Below are positions 49,381-62,148 of a DNA stretch of 64,000 nucleotides, in pieces. The notes below the pieces were generated by a model. That model was not told the origin of the DNA and did not search any database. It worked only from the letters and a program-made list of their open reading frames with translations. The DNA lies in assembly GCA_028534125.1 (NCBI GenBank), contig CM052816.1, positions 95,668,001 to 95,732,000 on the forward strand, read 5' to 3'. The stretch is from Lama glama. Its lineage: Eukaryota. Positions within the stretch are counted from its first letter, which is position 1, and each line of letters opens with the position of its first letter. Position numbers and translations under genes: made by a program.

Positions 49381-50664
49381 CTGGGACCGTTCTGAGGGGA
49401 AGACAGTGCGCCATTCTCTCACCACTGCGGGTAACCCTGGGGCCACCCCATGAAGTGCGCGCCCAGCAATTTACGTGCTTCGTGCATAAGGCTCTCCAGA
49501 CGTGCATTATGGATTGATTAACTTTTAAAACAATTTAGCAGACTGTGGAAGCGTCAGGACAGCAGAAGCCTGTCCCTGTTGGTCAAGTGCTTTGTAATTA
49601 TCAGAACACCAGAGTCTTTGGGCCTTGGGGAAGTGACCAGCAGAGAAAATGCAGGCAAGGTCGTACACATTTTGTCTGGAGATTCCCTCTCTGTGGCTGC
49701 TAACCCCTTGTCCGTCATCCAGTGCAAGAGGAGAAGAGGAAGACCGTGGGGCTGCCTCCGCGTCAGGTGGCTGTGGTGGAAGCGCAGCCAGGAGGCTGCC
49801 CGAGATGGGACAGTAGGGGGGGCACTGGATCAGGCAGGGTGGTCTGGGTGGGCGGAGGCCGTGGTGGGAGTGGGGAGAGGGAGACTCAGAGGTTATGGGT
49901 CAGGTCTGTGGACCGTCCAGCTTTGTCTCAGCCCCAGCTATGTGGATCTGCTCAGGACTGGTCCTGGGCAGCGGGCCACTTCCACCCTTCAGCCTCTGCT
50001 CCTGTATCTGTGCTGCATTTGCTTGACTCCTACCTCCTTTCCTGTACTTCTACTTAGCTTTCAAGATTCTGGCCAAAGTTCCATCCATTGTCTTTTCTTT
50101 TCAAGCAAACCGACCTGTTTCCTTCCCTTCCTTCTTTCTCTCCTTCTTTCCTTCCTTCCTTCCTCCCCCTTTCTTTTTACACCTGTGTTATGTCCACACA
50201 TTTTTCCAGTTATGTTTATTATAACTTACTGCACTTGTTCACTTTCATATGTTTTCCCTGCTGGACTGTAAGCTCCTCAGGACAGAGTCCAGGTCATAGT
50301 CACCTTTATCCCTAGTGCGAGCTCAGGGACAAACACACAGTCAGTATTGCATAAACGGTCACGGTTAGAACAAGTGAGTAAATGATGACCGGTGACCAGG
50401 GTGGTTGTGGCGGTGGGGGACACCGCCTTCAATATACAGGTGGTGGACAAGCCTCATGGGACGAGTATAGGGTGATGACAAAAGCAACGTGTGGATAGTC
50501 AAAGTCTGGGGAGCGAACGTGGTAGGGGAGCAGGAGGAAAAGGCTTTGAATTTCTCTGTGACCACAGAGCTGATGGCACTGGGAGAGACAGGATGAGGTT
50601 TGCTAAATCACTGCAGGGATTATTAGCAGTGGTGTGATCAGGCTACCTTTCAGTTAAAATAAAA

Positions 50665-51325
50665 GTGACGGCTGGATATGGACAACAGAAACTCCTTTGC
50701 CCTACTGATGGAGTGTAAATTGGTTCTATTATTTGGGAAAAGAGTTTGGCAGTATCTACTCAAGTGAACACACATATACTTTGCCTTAGCAATTTCACCC
50801 CTAACAGTAATGCACATGTGTATGCAACAAACAACGTGTGTGGGAATGTTCCCAATGAAATGAGACATTAAAGTCCTAAATGGGAAGCAACCCCAATGTC
50901 CATTAATGGTAGAACGAATAGATTTTGGTAAATTCAGTAATGCAACAAGCCTCTATATAGCCATGGGAATCACTGAAACACTGCAGAATGAAACAGCATG
51001 GGTAAATCTCACAAAGACAATGTGAAAAGAAAGAAGTCAGACAGAAAAGAATATTGGACTGTGAGAGTCACTGTTTTATAAAGCTTAAGGGACAGGGAAA
51101 GTCTGTGGTGTTAAAGGCCAGGAGAGTTGTTATATTTGGGGAAAAATTGGGAGGCATTAGTAGGGAGGATGCTTGAGGGGATTTCTTGGGTTGGGGGGGG
51201 TGTTCTGCTTCTTGACCTCGGTGATGGTTACATGGATGTAATCTTGATAGTTCACTGAAATGCACACATAAGCCTTGTGATGTCTCCATACGTGTGTCAA
51301 ACTGCAATAAAATAACTTGTTTCAA
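50665..51325 (+). mobile_element. Ancient L1 3' end (L1ME-like)
   Basis: gatggagtgtaaattggt..tttggcagtatctact..agcaatttcacccct; gcatgggtaaatctcacaaagacaatg; ggtgatggttacatggatg..aataaaa. Confidence 0.8.
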
Positions 51326-52164
51326 ATGTAGAAATACTGTTACATATTTTAAGTTAGTAAAAAGACATGTACCGTCCTCAATTTTCTTAATATCATTTCT
51401 CTATGAGAAACCAGTTCTTTGATATTGCTAATAACTTTATTGATGTTTCTTCTCCAAAGAACTTTTCCTGATTTATTTGCAAATGGATTTTCAAATGACT
51501 ACTTTGCTAGTTGTGTTAAAAGGAACTCTAATCTGTGTTTTATATTTCATATGCATTTATCACACCAGTGCCTCCCTTCCTGTAAAGGTTAATTTGCTGC
51601 GGTGTAGTCCTTCCCCACCCCCAGCTTTTCTGACTCAATGACATGTGTTCTTCTCCCACATTAATTTTCTGTTGATCAAATTATTCTTCTTCTCTTAAAG
51701 GATGAATTTACATTTTAATTGGATCCTCTGCAGAACTATTGATGGAACTGTACCTTCCCATACTTTAACTTCCTTTTTCCCTGACTTATACCATTTCTAG
51801 CTCAGTTTCTTAAAACATCCAGACTTTACAACACCACATAACTGAAAAATGTTTGATCAGAGTCAATTAGAGCACTGTTGCAGAAACAAAGTTATGGTAT
51901 ATTGTAGCAAGAGACTGGATTCTATTACACTAAATAATTTGTGTTTTGCCTACAGTGATATCTACATAAAGCAAATGAAAGGAATTAATGTCACCTCTAG
52001 TTAGCCAAGTCAGCAGTCTTTGAATTTCAAAGTGATTGCCAGTCTTGTATCTTTAACCAAATGGCTGCACTTATATTTAACTTTCCCTCCAAAAGAAATG
52101 TTAACTTCATAATGATTGGCAAGACATCAAAATTCCATCGAATATCTGTAATTTATTCAACATT

Positions 52165-52392
52165 GGAGAGGCACTTAGAGTGTATGGATGGAAACACGGA
52201 CTCCAAAGAAGACCGCTGGGGTTTGAATCCCAGTCCATGTCAACTGAGTGACCTTGGATGAGTCACTTATCCTTCTGGTGCTGACTTAGTTTCTTTGTCT
52301 GTAAAAAGGGGTCATTGAGAAGATGAAAAGAGTTATCCATGTACAACCTCTATGCCTGGTACACAGTAAGTGCTCAATAAATGCTAGCTGTT
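52165..52392 (+). mobile_element. MIR SINE
   Basis: ctggggtttgaatcccagtcc..gtgaccttggatgagtcactta..agtttctttgtctgtaaaa..gcctggtacacagtaagtgctcaataaatgctagct. Confidence 0.85.
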
Positions 52393-52485
52393 TTGTTGGT
52401 TTTGTTGCCATTGTTACAGTTGTGTTACCACTGGTGAACCATTATTTAGGACTGAGTGAATGTCAATTTAAAATGTAAAGCCATT

Positions 52486-52507
52486 TGTGTGTGTGTGTGT
52501 GTGTGTG
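52486..52507. repeat. (TG)11 microsatellite
   Basis: Direct read. Confidence 0.95.
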
Positions 52508-52575
52508 TAGCAAGGGTCCATGTGGCAACAAAAAGCACAATTTGAGTAATCTGGAATGTAGAAAAAGAAATGATC

Positions 52576-54487
52576 TTTTAAAAAAATTTTATTAAAGGAT
52601 ATTCAGTTTGCTATGTTTGGTCAATTTCTAGTAAAGCATGATAGTTCAGTCATACATACACATACATATATTTGTTTTCACCATAAACTACTACAAGATA
52701 TTGAATATAGTTCCCTGTGCTCTACAGAAGAAACTTGTTTATCTATTTTATATATAGTAGTCAGTATCTGCAAATCTTGAACTCCTAATTTATCCCTTTC
52801 CACCCCCTTCCCCCTGGTAACCATAAGTTTGTTTTCTATGTCAGTGAGTCTGTTTCTGTTTTGTAAATAAGTTCATTTGTCTTTTTTTAGAATACACATA
52901 AAAGTGATATATGGTATTTTCCTTTCTCTTTCTGGCTTACTTCACTTAGAATGACAATCTCCAAGTCCATCCATGTTGCTGCAAATAGCATTATTTTATT
53001 ATTTTTTATAGCTGAGTAGTGTTTCATTGTATAAATATACCACAGCTTTATCCAGTCATCTGTCAATAGACATTTAGGTTGTGTCCATGTCTTGGCTATT
53101 GTAAATAGTGCTGCTATGAACATTGGGGTGCACGTATCTTGTTGAATTAAGGTTCCCTCTGGATATATGCTCAAGAGTGGGATTGCTGGATCATACGGTA
53201 AGTCTACTTTTAGGTTTTTGAGGAATTTCCATAATGTTTTCCATAATGGCTGCACCAGACTACATTCCCACCAGCAGTGGAGGAGGGCTCCCTTTTCTCC
53301 ATACCCTTTCCAGAATTTATTGTTTGTGGACTTTTTAATGATGCCCATTCTGGCTGGTGTGAGGTGATACCTCATTGTAGTTTTGATTTGTATTTCTCTG
53401 GTAATTAGTGATATTGAACATTTTTTCATGTTCCTTTTGGACGTTTGTATGTCTTCATTGAAGAATTGCTTGTTCAGGTATTCTCCCTATTTTTGGATTT
53501 TTTTTATTAAGTTGTATGAGCTGTTTATATATTCTGGAAATTAAGCCCTTGTCAGTCTCATCTTCTGCAAATACTTTCTCCCATTCCATAGGTTGTTGTT
53601 TAGTTTTGCTTGCAGTTTCCTTTGCTGTGCAGAAGCTTGTAAGTTTCATTAGGTCCCATTTGCTTATTTTGGCTTTTATTTCTATTGCCCTAGGAGAACA
53701 TTGCTAGGATTTATGTCAGATAATGTTTTGTGTATGTTTTCTTCTAAGAGGTCTACAGTGTCTTGTCTTATGTTTTTAAGTCTTTAAACCATTTTGAGCT
53801 TATTTGTGTAAGGTGTGAGGGAGTGTTCTAACTTCATCAATTTACATGCAGCTGCCCAGCTTTCCCAACACCATTTGCTGAGGAAATTGTTTTTACTCCT
53901 TTGTATATTCTTGCCCCCTTTGTTGAAGATTAATTGACTGTAGGTCTGTGGGTTTATTTCTGGGTTCTCTGTTCTGTTCCATTGATCCATATGTCTGTTT
54001 TTGTACCAACACCATGCTGTTTTGATTACTATAGCTCTGTAGTGTTGTCTGAAGTCTGGGAGGGTTATTCCTCCAGCTTCATTCTTTTTCTTCAGTAATG
54101 CTTTGGCAATTCTGGGTCTTTTGTAATTCCATGTAAATTTTAGGATTATTTGTTCTAGTTCTGTGAAAAATAACCTGGGTAATTTGATAAGGATTGCATT
54201 AAATCTGTAGATTGCTTTGGCAGCATGGCCATTTTAACAATAGTAATTCTTTCAATCCAAGAACATGGGATATCTTTCCATTTCTTTAAGTCACCTTTAA
54301 TTTCCTTACTCAGTGTTTTGTAGTTCTCCACATATAAGTCTTTCACTCTTTGGTCAGATTTATTTCCAAGTATTTTATTTTTTTGGATGCGATTTGATTG
54401 TTTTTTTACTTTCCTTTTCTGATATTTCCTTGTTAGTGTAAAGAAATGCAACTGATTTCTTTATGTTAATCTTGTATCCTGCTACCT
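52576..54487 (-). mobile_element. 5'-truncated young L1 (camelid-type), about 1.9 kb, with ORF2 C-terminal fragments
   Basis: ORFs 52887-53429 ([41 protein letters not shown]), 53455-53649, 53784-53990 and 54155-54451 are frameshifted L1 ORF2 pieces. TSD gaaatgatc at 52567-52575 and 54488-54496. Confidence 0.95.
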
Positions 54488-54824
54488 GAAATGATCCTTC
54501 TTGTTTTTTGACATACAGCAACTTCCTAGAAAAAGGTCAAAGTTATTTGGTTCTAACATTTAAATAGGGTTATTAGCTGAGTGAGATGGCCAATTAGTGT
54601 TGGCAAGAGTGACTACTAGGCTGACAGTATTATGCCAGGCTGACAGCAAAATAATAGTAGGGATGACAGGACAGACAGAATTGAACCATCATGATTCCTG
54701 TGGAATGATACATTAGTAATCAAGAAGAGTAGTTTATGTTTCATAATTTAACAATTAAGATTACAAGATCTCACATTAGATATTCTGTTATGTTTATCCT
54801 AACTACCTAAAAGAGTCTAGGAGC

Positions 54825-54956
54825 CTCAAAACTGCCCAGCCAGGACCAGAAGACCCTCCAGCTGATCCACAGATTCAGGGGGGATAAAAATATTTCTCTT
54901 TTACTCCCTTGAGTTTTTGGTGTAGTTTGTTACAAAGCAATAGCTAACTGACTCAC
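54825..54956 (+). mobile_element. MLT1 LTR 3' fragment
   Basis: ccagctgatccacagattc..gagtttttggtgtagtttgttacaaagcaatagctaactgac. Confidence 0.7.
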
Positions 54957-55335
54957 CCAATTTTGTCTGGAAGGGCTGAAAAGCTTTGTCTGAATATTAA
55001 CAGGATGCTCTTAAGGTCCTCAATCCTCCCAGTCTCTGTTACCAAGCACACGATGTCCACCACATCAGTGCAGAATACACTTTCAGGTTCCTCGGGTTGG
55101 TCTCTAGTTGGCCCCTCATCTGAGCCTGATCTGACTCTTATCTGGCATGTGATATCTCTGGAGATTGACTTGGTATCAGCCTCTCCTTGTCTATAATCTG
55201 CCTTTATTTGTAGGCAGACTTCATCCTCATCTGCCTCTGAACTTTCAGTATCAGACCCTGGGTTGGTCCCACCCTGGCTTTGCTACGCCAGCATCAGCCT
55301 GGGTAGCTGGAAGGAGGCTGTGTTGTCGTCTACAC

Positions 55336-55540
55336 CAGTGGTTCTAATCTGGGGGCACTTTTGTCACCCAGCAGATGTTTTGCAATGTCTGGAGACCTTT
55401 CTGGTGGTCACACTGGGGGAGGCGGTGTTACTGGCATCTGGTAGATGGAGCTGTGGATGTTGCTCAACATTCTAGAGTGTAAAGGAGCGTCCCCTACAGC
55501 AAAGAATTATCCCACAAGGATAGCAATAGTGCTGGTCTAG
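55336..55540 (+). mobile_element. MER20 (hAT-Charlie)
   Basis: cagtggttctaatctggggg..gcaatgtctggagacctttctggtggtcacact..ctggcatctggtagatggag..caaagaattatcc..aatagtgctg. Confidence 0.88.
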
Positions 55541-56799
55541 GTCTGTCGCAGAGAGTGGCTCTCTTGACAGTGAAGTCTCTAACCCCCAGCAGCCGCCCTT
55601 AGGTGTCCACATCTCTGTGTCCCAGTTTGTTTCACAGCAAGTCTCAGGAGCAGAGTCACTCACTTTCGGATAAGCCATGGTTTATCCAACTGAGCCAAAA
55701 TTCCTCAAAAAGCAGTATCTTCCCCAGAAATAGTGTGAGTCTTTTTGTGATCCGGCCCCAGTCTCCACCTTAACCAGCTCCAGGACTTACAATAATACCA
55801 AAGTTACTCAGAGACTAACCTATGATCTTATAGCCTGGGGCCAGCATAAAAATCCTTAAAAGAAGATAAACAATGTTTCCCTTTTAATTATATTTTAAGT
55901 ATGACTTCACTTTGCAGCTGGTGCTTTCAAACACAACAGTAGTAGCTTCTTCCAATGGGGTTCAGGTTTGTGGAATTTGAGTTTAAGTGCACTCTATGCC
56001 TTCATCAGGGCACTATGGCTTTTGTCTCTATTGCTGATAAAGAGAAAGACAAACCAGACTTGCAGAGGAATGTCTCTGTCTTGGTAGAGGTGCAGGGACA
56101 GCCTGGCTATCGGTTTTCTCTCAGGTGTAAACATAGGCTCCACTCATATGGAAACGTTGGTCATTTAGCAAAAAAATGCACCAGGCAACATCTTGACCTT
56201 GTCAAAGAGATGGTTCACACAGACAGAGGGAAAGCTGTAGATATTTCACTGTTCAACTTAGCCTAACTGTTCGTGGAACTCGAGTTGTATTCCTAGTTGA
56301 CATAAGCTAGTTGGCAGACAGCAATCATGCCCTTATCCATCAGGGAAGCAGAGCCACCACCATGGTACGGTGTATGGAGTGCTGCTGGGGCTTCCCGTGC
56401 CTCCTGTCGACATGGTGTCCGGGTTCTGCATTGAGGGCTGAGACTGACGTCGATGTAGGGCCATCCCAGTGACCACTGGAAAGGACTGCTGGATGTAGAA
56501 GGGAGAACTGACAAACTGGAACACCTGAGGAGGAAGAGCTGGACCCAGTGAGGCAGAATGGAACTTGTGAATGCCACACACTGTCTACATCAATGCCTGG
56601 GACAGACACCCTCGGCTCCGAGGCTGCACGTGAGCCTGTCCCAGGCTCCGGACAAGCTGAAGGAGAGCTCATGGCTTGTGAGCTCAGTGCTACTGATTTT
56701 TCCTTTTGCCTCAGACTGCAGTATGGCTCATTCCAGCACTGTTACCCATCCAGTCGATTTAATATTTCAGTAATTTGTTTACCATATATCTTCCCTCAT

Positions 56800-56912
56800 T
56801 CTTAAAAAAAATCACATGAGTATATTGCCTATCTTGATTACTGAGCTTTTGGATGCCCCTGTACACTGTGTGCCCCGAGGTAAGTGCCTCACTCACTGTT
56901 CCCTAGTGTCCT
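56800..56912. mobile_element. MER91-like (hAT-Tip100) remnant
   Basis: cttgattactgagcttttggatgcccct..gtgccccgaggtaagtgcctcactcac..ccctagt. Confidence 0.65.
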
Positions 56913-57084
56913 GCTTGTGGCCCTGGAGGGGCTGTGACTTGGGTGCTATCCCACACCATCCCCCACACCCCACACCATCGAGGTGACCCAGCAGGTCAGT
57001 GACAATGTGCTTGAGCTGCCACTGTGCCTTGAGCCCTGCGCAGACCTTCAGCGCGTGAAAAGATGTAGCTGCTAATTAACTTCT

Positions 57085-57192
57085 GTATCTCAAATCCCAT
57101 GTGAAATGTCCCTTGTGGCCAGCACTAACCCAGGACCACACAGGGACGAGGATGCTGGGAAATGTGCTTTTAGCTCAGCTTAGTTGACACAC
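57085..57192 (-). mobile_element. Ancient ERVL LTR fragment (LTR16/LTR33-like)
   Basis: ctaacccaggaccacacagggacgaggatgctgggaaatgtg..gttgacaca. Confidence 0.5.
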
Positions 57193-60100
57193 GCCAAAGG
57201 CACTAGAACATTCCAACATTTTGCACAGTTTCATTCTTCTGTGTGAAAGGTGTTGATGCATGCCTCTAGGTTCTGAAAGTTTCTCCAAAAGTGCATTCAC
57301 AGGCCACCCAGTTGCTCTCTGTGTCCCTAACCTTACAGTTAACTGTGTTTGGAGCCCGGATGTAGCCACATGACCTAAGTAAATATGACCTCAAACTCAG
57401 GACGGATAGATAACTTTGAAAGGCTCGTACCGTCTCTGTAATCAGACAGCTGCTGCTTCATTGCAAGGGTTCTTGATTCACGTCCAAATGCTGTCAGATT
57501 CTATCTGTTAGACGTCCGGTTCTGTGTGGATGCTTATGGACGCTGAGTCTGAGTAAGTAGCTCGAGGTCTAATGAACGAAAGCCTTCTGAGGAGCATGAG
57601 TGACCCTTGGGGCCAAACCCCGTGGCAGGTCCCATGGGTGGCGGTGCTAAGTGTGGGATGGAGTATCCGAAAGGAGATCCTCCACTGAAGTGGAGACGCA
57701 GTGAAGGAGCGCTCGGTGTTTCAGCAACTTGATGCCCTGGATGCAGTTCAAGACAAAGCCTTTTATATCACACTCAACTCTCTGCCGAGTGGCATGATGC
57801 TATGGTGACTGTGTTTGCTTTCCGGAGCTATGAGTTGACTGAGAGCCCCCGGGAGACCCATGTTCCCCACACATGGCAGTCAAACTGATTCCTGCTCCTG
57901 GCTTTCAGTGCAGCAGTTGTAGTGGAATCTGCCTCATTCCGGCAGAGAGAAAAAAGCAGCCATAAGCTCTAATGCATCCTCCTCTTCTGTTTCTTCCCCC
58001 AGTGAGATTTTGATCCGTTTTTTTTATTAGGAGATGAATGACAGCTGAGTTTAGGACTCCTTTTCTTTCCCCTAACCTAGGATAAGAACTTGAAAGACAT
58101 GATATTCTATTGATGTTCTGTTTGGGAGAGAAAGGAGGTGTCTTTCAGGAAAAAAAAAAGAGGAAAAAGAAAGAACAACTTTTACACTTTTATCTCAGTG
58201 GGAAATTCATGCTGAGTTCCTATACATTAAGTGGTCCCCAGGCAGAAATTTGAAAATACTTCCAGCTGTTTAATTTCAGTCTGTTCTGCTGAGACCAGGG
58301 CTGCACAAAGCACATGCGTGTCAGCCCTTCACCCAGAAGACACAGTTAATGCTCTGACACAGGCCAGACAGCCCCGAGCAGTGTGTCGGAGAGAGCTGAC
58401 GCCACCGATGACAGGGTCAGCTTTTGGATACGCTACATGTATTAATCAGGAGACAGCATGTGTGTATTTTAAACCTGTGATGACTTGCTATTCAAAAAGG
58501 ACAAAGAATCAAAAGGGAGAAAGAGGCATATTTTGCATATATATATTGAATTTTATTCATAAGGGCAATAGTGAAATTTACTGGTAAGTTGAAAATATTT
58601 CTAAAATCTCTCCTTTATTGGGAAAGAGGCAAGGAGAGGGGTTAATCTGAGGGAGGAAGCCCAACAAATTTTTCCAAAAATAAGAGCGTGTTTAAGAGTT
58701 CAACTCTCTTCAACAGTGGGTTTCAAGAGAGGCCAGTTATGAAAATATAAAGAAATCTCTGTGCTAAATACCCATTCCAGGAGAAGTTTAACATCTGAGT
58801 AAATATCTTAGGATCAGGAACATTTGTGAACTGTGGTTTCATATTCCTGTCTGAGGAGCTGAGCAGAAAGTGTGGAGGAAGGACATGAAATGTGTGTTGC
58901 TAGAACTCTGTATTCCTTGTAGCACGTGCAGACACCTTTGGGAGTAACCTGCATCCTGAGGATTGGTGGTGTCTCCGTTTCTTTCCTTTACCTGAATAAA
59001 CACTGCCGAAATGAGCTTGTGTGAGCGCTCAGCCCGCCACGTTCAAGGACAAGGTATATTCCTTATGATCTCTGCAGGTCTCCAGCCTTCCTTGCTTTTC
59101 AGGCACCTCCCGCTTCTGATCTTTCTTCTGCAGCTGTTGTCACAGTCTCCTTTCGTCCCTCCTGGGAAGCTGTATCCATAACTTTTAAAATTAAGAAGTC
59201 ATTATAATGTAATTATTTGCATTTTTAAGTTAGCTTTTTCCATCTGTTTTTCATAAAAGAAACTTCTGCAGTGTAAATTTGGCTAAGGTTTAATTTAATT
59301 TTTTTTTTTAAAAACCCACCAGGAAAGGCAATGTTCATTACAAATAGGATGGGAGAAAGATGACGCTGCTGGGGTGTGACAGCTTTTGCTTTAGGACCTC
59401 GTGGGATTTTTCCATGTGGCCCCTGTGAAGGCTGGATTTCCTAGCCACATGTACAAGAGAACAATTATGGACTTCAGCAGTTATAACAACAGAAAAAAGA
59501 GGCTGATGGGTCTGGAATTCTCATTTTAACAATAATATAGAGAAGTAGGTGCAGGAATAATCTTACTACACTAGGCTCTGCCCCGCCATGTCTTCTCAGC
59601 TCCGCAACCCCGCTGGTTCGCATTTTCAGGACATTCAGTACATATTTGAACCCCTTGTACCCCTTTCAGTTTGCCATCCCTTTCCCCCTACACGTCTCAG
59701 AGGTCAGCTTTCTCAGGCAGTTGACTGGCTCCCGTGGCTTCCAGGTCCTCGTCCTTCTGGAGTTGTCCAGGCGGGAAAAGGTCCTTCCTGACTCGTGCCT
59801 GCTCTTCCCTGGACGCTGGGTCTCTGCTCAGCCCTGGATGCCTGGAGATGCTCTGCTTTCTCTGTGGGATGCAGCAGATGCTGGAAGCGGGGCAGGATCC
59901 CTTGCTCTTTTCACCCTGGCTTCCCAAGTCCTGCATTTGCCACCACACCTGGTCATACAGACGTCTCTCCTGAGGAGATGGGGCAGTTGAGGGTGGGACT
60001 CACAGTGAAGAAGTGGAGAGGTTAAACCTAGGTGCTGAGTAGGACAGTCCTGGAGCAGGAGGCCTATGAGAAAGCATGTAAGGGCCAACACCGTGGAGCA

Positions 60101-60354
60101 TCAGCAGGGTGATCAGTGCTGGTCCATGACGCAGTCAGTCCCCCTGCTCCGCACAAAGCCTGAAACAGTTCTGGAGGAAGGCTGTGGGACTCCACACTAG
60201 ATGATGGACCAGTGAGAGCACAACCCTCTGTGGCTGCCGCCCCTCTGTGAGTTCCCGCCTGCTGTTCATTTCCTATCTGATGGGTTGGACAAAACTCACA
60301 AGTGGGTATCCCAAGGACCAGCCCCCTTTCTCAGGGACCGAACAGTTCAGATCT

Positions 60355-60545
60355 GAAGTTGCAAGTTGGCAGCACAGAGGCTGAATTGGGGTGACAGTTT
60401 TATTCAGTTTGGCTGACACAGAGTTGCAAAAATACCTGAATTTGAATGTCTGCCAGTAGAATGCCCCCTTTCCAATTCACCACAGTCCTCACTACTCCCT
60501 ACTGGCCCCTGCCAGCTCCCTCTAGATTTGAACTGCCTGATTTCT
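60355..60545. mobile_element. Charlie4-like hAT remnant
   Basis: gttgcaagttggcagc..gtttggctgacacagagtt..ccacagtcctcactactccctactg. Confidence 0.5.
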
Positions 60546-61020
60546 AAAGTCATCTGAGCTTGTGATCAAGTGGAGGAGGGAAGAGGTGTCTAAATTCCCC
60601 CTAATTTTCAAAATGCCTCCCCCTTCATGAAGTCTGTAAAAACACTGCTACATGGAGGTCTTCTTGCCCTTATTTGGGCTTCATGGCTTCAGAGAACAGC
60701 CCTACCCCCCTCAGTAGTGTCTCCTTTATCACACAAGGAGATGCTCTGGAAGAACCATTACTGTACAAATGCTAATAAACTCAGGTCCAAAGGATAAGTT
60801 TCTTCTGCTCGAAATTCATTGATTTGGCTTGAAGATGGTAAGTTGATGGAATCACGTAAAACATAAGATCAATGCATGACATTTAGAGATCTTTCACCTT
60901 GACCTAGAAATGGAAAAAGAGAAGTTGAGGGAGATTGAGAGATTGCTCAGACAGAATGGAGATGGCGTCTGTGCCCAGATATCTTGAGTCCAAGTCTAGG
61001 ACTTTGACCTCTGTATCAGG

Positions 61021-62148
61021 TGAAGTTGAGCATCTTTTCATGTTCCTGTTTGGTCTCTGTATGAAATGTTTGTTCAGGTATTCTGCCCATATTTTAATAT
61101 GATTGTTTGTTTTTTGATATTGAATTGTGCAAGGTGTTTGTATATTTTGGATATTAAACCCTTATTGGTCATATTATTTGCAAATATCTTCTCCCATTCA
61201 GTAGATTGTCTTTTCATTTTATTGATGGTTTTCTTTGCTGTGCAAAAGCTTTTAAGTTTAATTAGGTCCCATTTGTTTATTTTTTCTTTTCTTTCTTTTG
61301 CCCTAGGAGACAGATCCAAAAAGATATCACTTCACATTTGTCCGAATGGTTATCATCAAAAAGATCACAAATAACAAATGTTGGGAAAGATGAGGAGAAA
61401 AGGGAACCATTTTATACTGTTGGTGGGAATGTAAATTGGTGCAGCCACTAAGGAAAACAGTATGGAGGTCCCTCAAAAAACTAAAAATAGAGCTACCATA
61501 TGATCCAGTAATTCCACTCCTGGGCGTATGTCAGAAGAAAATGAAAATGCTAACTTGAAAAGATACATGCACCCTACTGTTCATAGCAGCATTGTTTACA
61601 AAAGCCAAGGTATGGAAGTAACCTAATTGTCCATCAACAGATGACTGGATAAAGAAGATGTGGGGTTTGTGTGTCTGTCTATCTATCTATCTATCTATCT
61701 ATCATCTAAAGGAATATTACTCAGCCATAAAAAGAATGAAATTCTACCATTTGCAACAACGTGGATGGACATAGAGAGTATTATGTTTAGTGAAATAAGT
61801 CAAAGAAAGACAAATACTCTGTTTGCATTTGTACATGGAATATGAAAAGTACAACAAACAAAGGTAAATAACAAAACAGAAACAGACTTGCAGATATAGA
61901 AGACAAACTAGTAGTTACCAGTCAGGAGAAGGAAGGAGAGAGGGACAAGACAGAGTTATGGGATTAAGAGAAACAAACTACCATGTATAAATCAAATAAG
62001 CAATAAAGATATATTGCACAGAACAGGAAAACATAGCCATTATTTTGTAATAACTTTAAATGGAGTATAATCTGTAAAAATGTCAAATCACTGTGTTGTA
62101 GACCTGAAACTAACATAATATAAATCAACTATACATCAATTAAAAAAA
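61021..62148 (+). mobile_element. L1 (cetartiodactyl-type 3' end) with inverted 5' segment; contains (TCTA)n at ~61674-61706
   Basis: 61021-~61325 is a minus-strand ORF2 piece ([36 protein letters not shown]). ~61323-62148 is the plus-strand ORF2 end and 3'UTR, ending catcaattaaaaaaa. Confidence 0.92.

Noticed and set aside
49579..50271. Longest ORF in the window (230 aa)
   Set aside because: Non-ATG start, composed of GC-rich sequence plus (CCTT)n and an L2 remnant; no domain recognised.
52887..53429. 180-aa ORF as a host gene or active L1
   Set aside because: It is the C-terminus of L1 ORF2 in a 5'-truncated copy whose neighbouring ORF2 pieces are frameshifted.
56293..56524. Minus-strand acceptor (ctcttcctcctcAG) followed by about 190-230 nt open in all three frames, a possible terminal exon
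   Set aside because: None of the three peptides is recognisable and I found no partner coding exons.
57565..57695. Hammerhead-ribozyme-like core (CTGAGGA 57587-57593 ... cGAAA gga-ga-tcc TC) with an adjacent ctccac/gtggag hairpin
   Set aside because: Stem I cannot form (gcctt versus cactg), stem II pairs for only one base, and the nearby ctaatga..cgaaa lacks the essential G5. Chance motifs.
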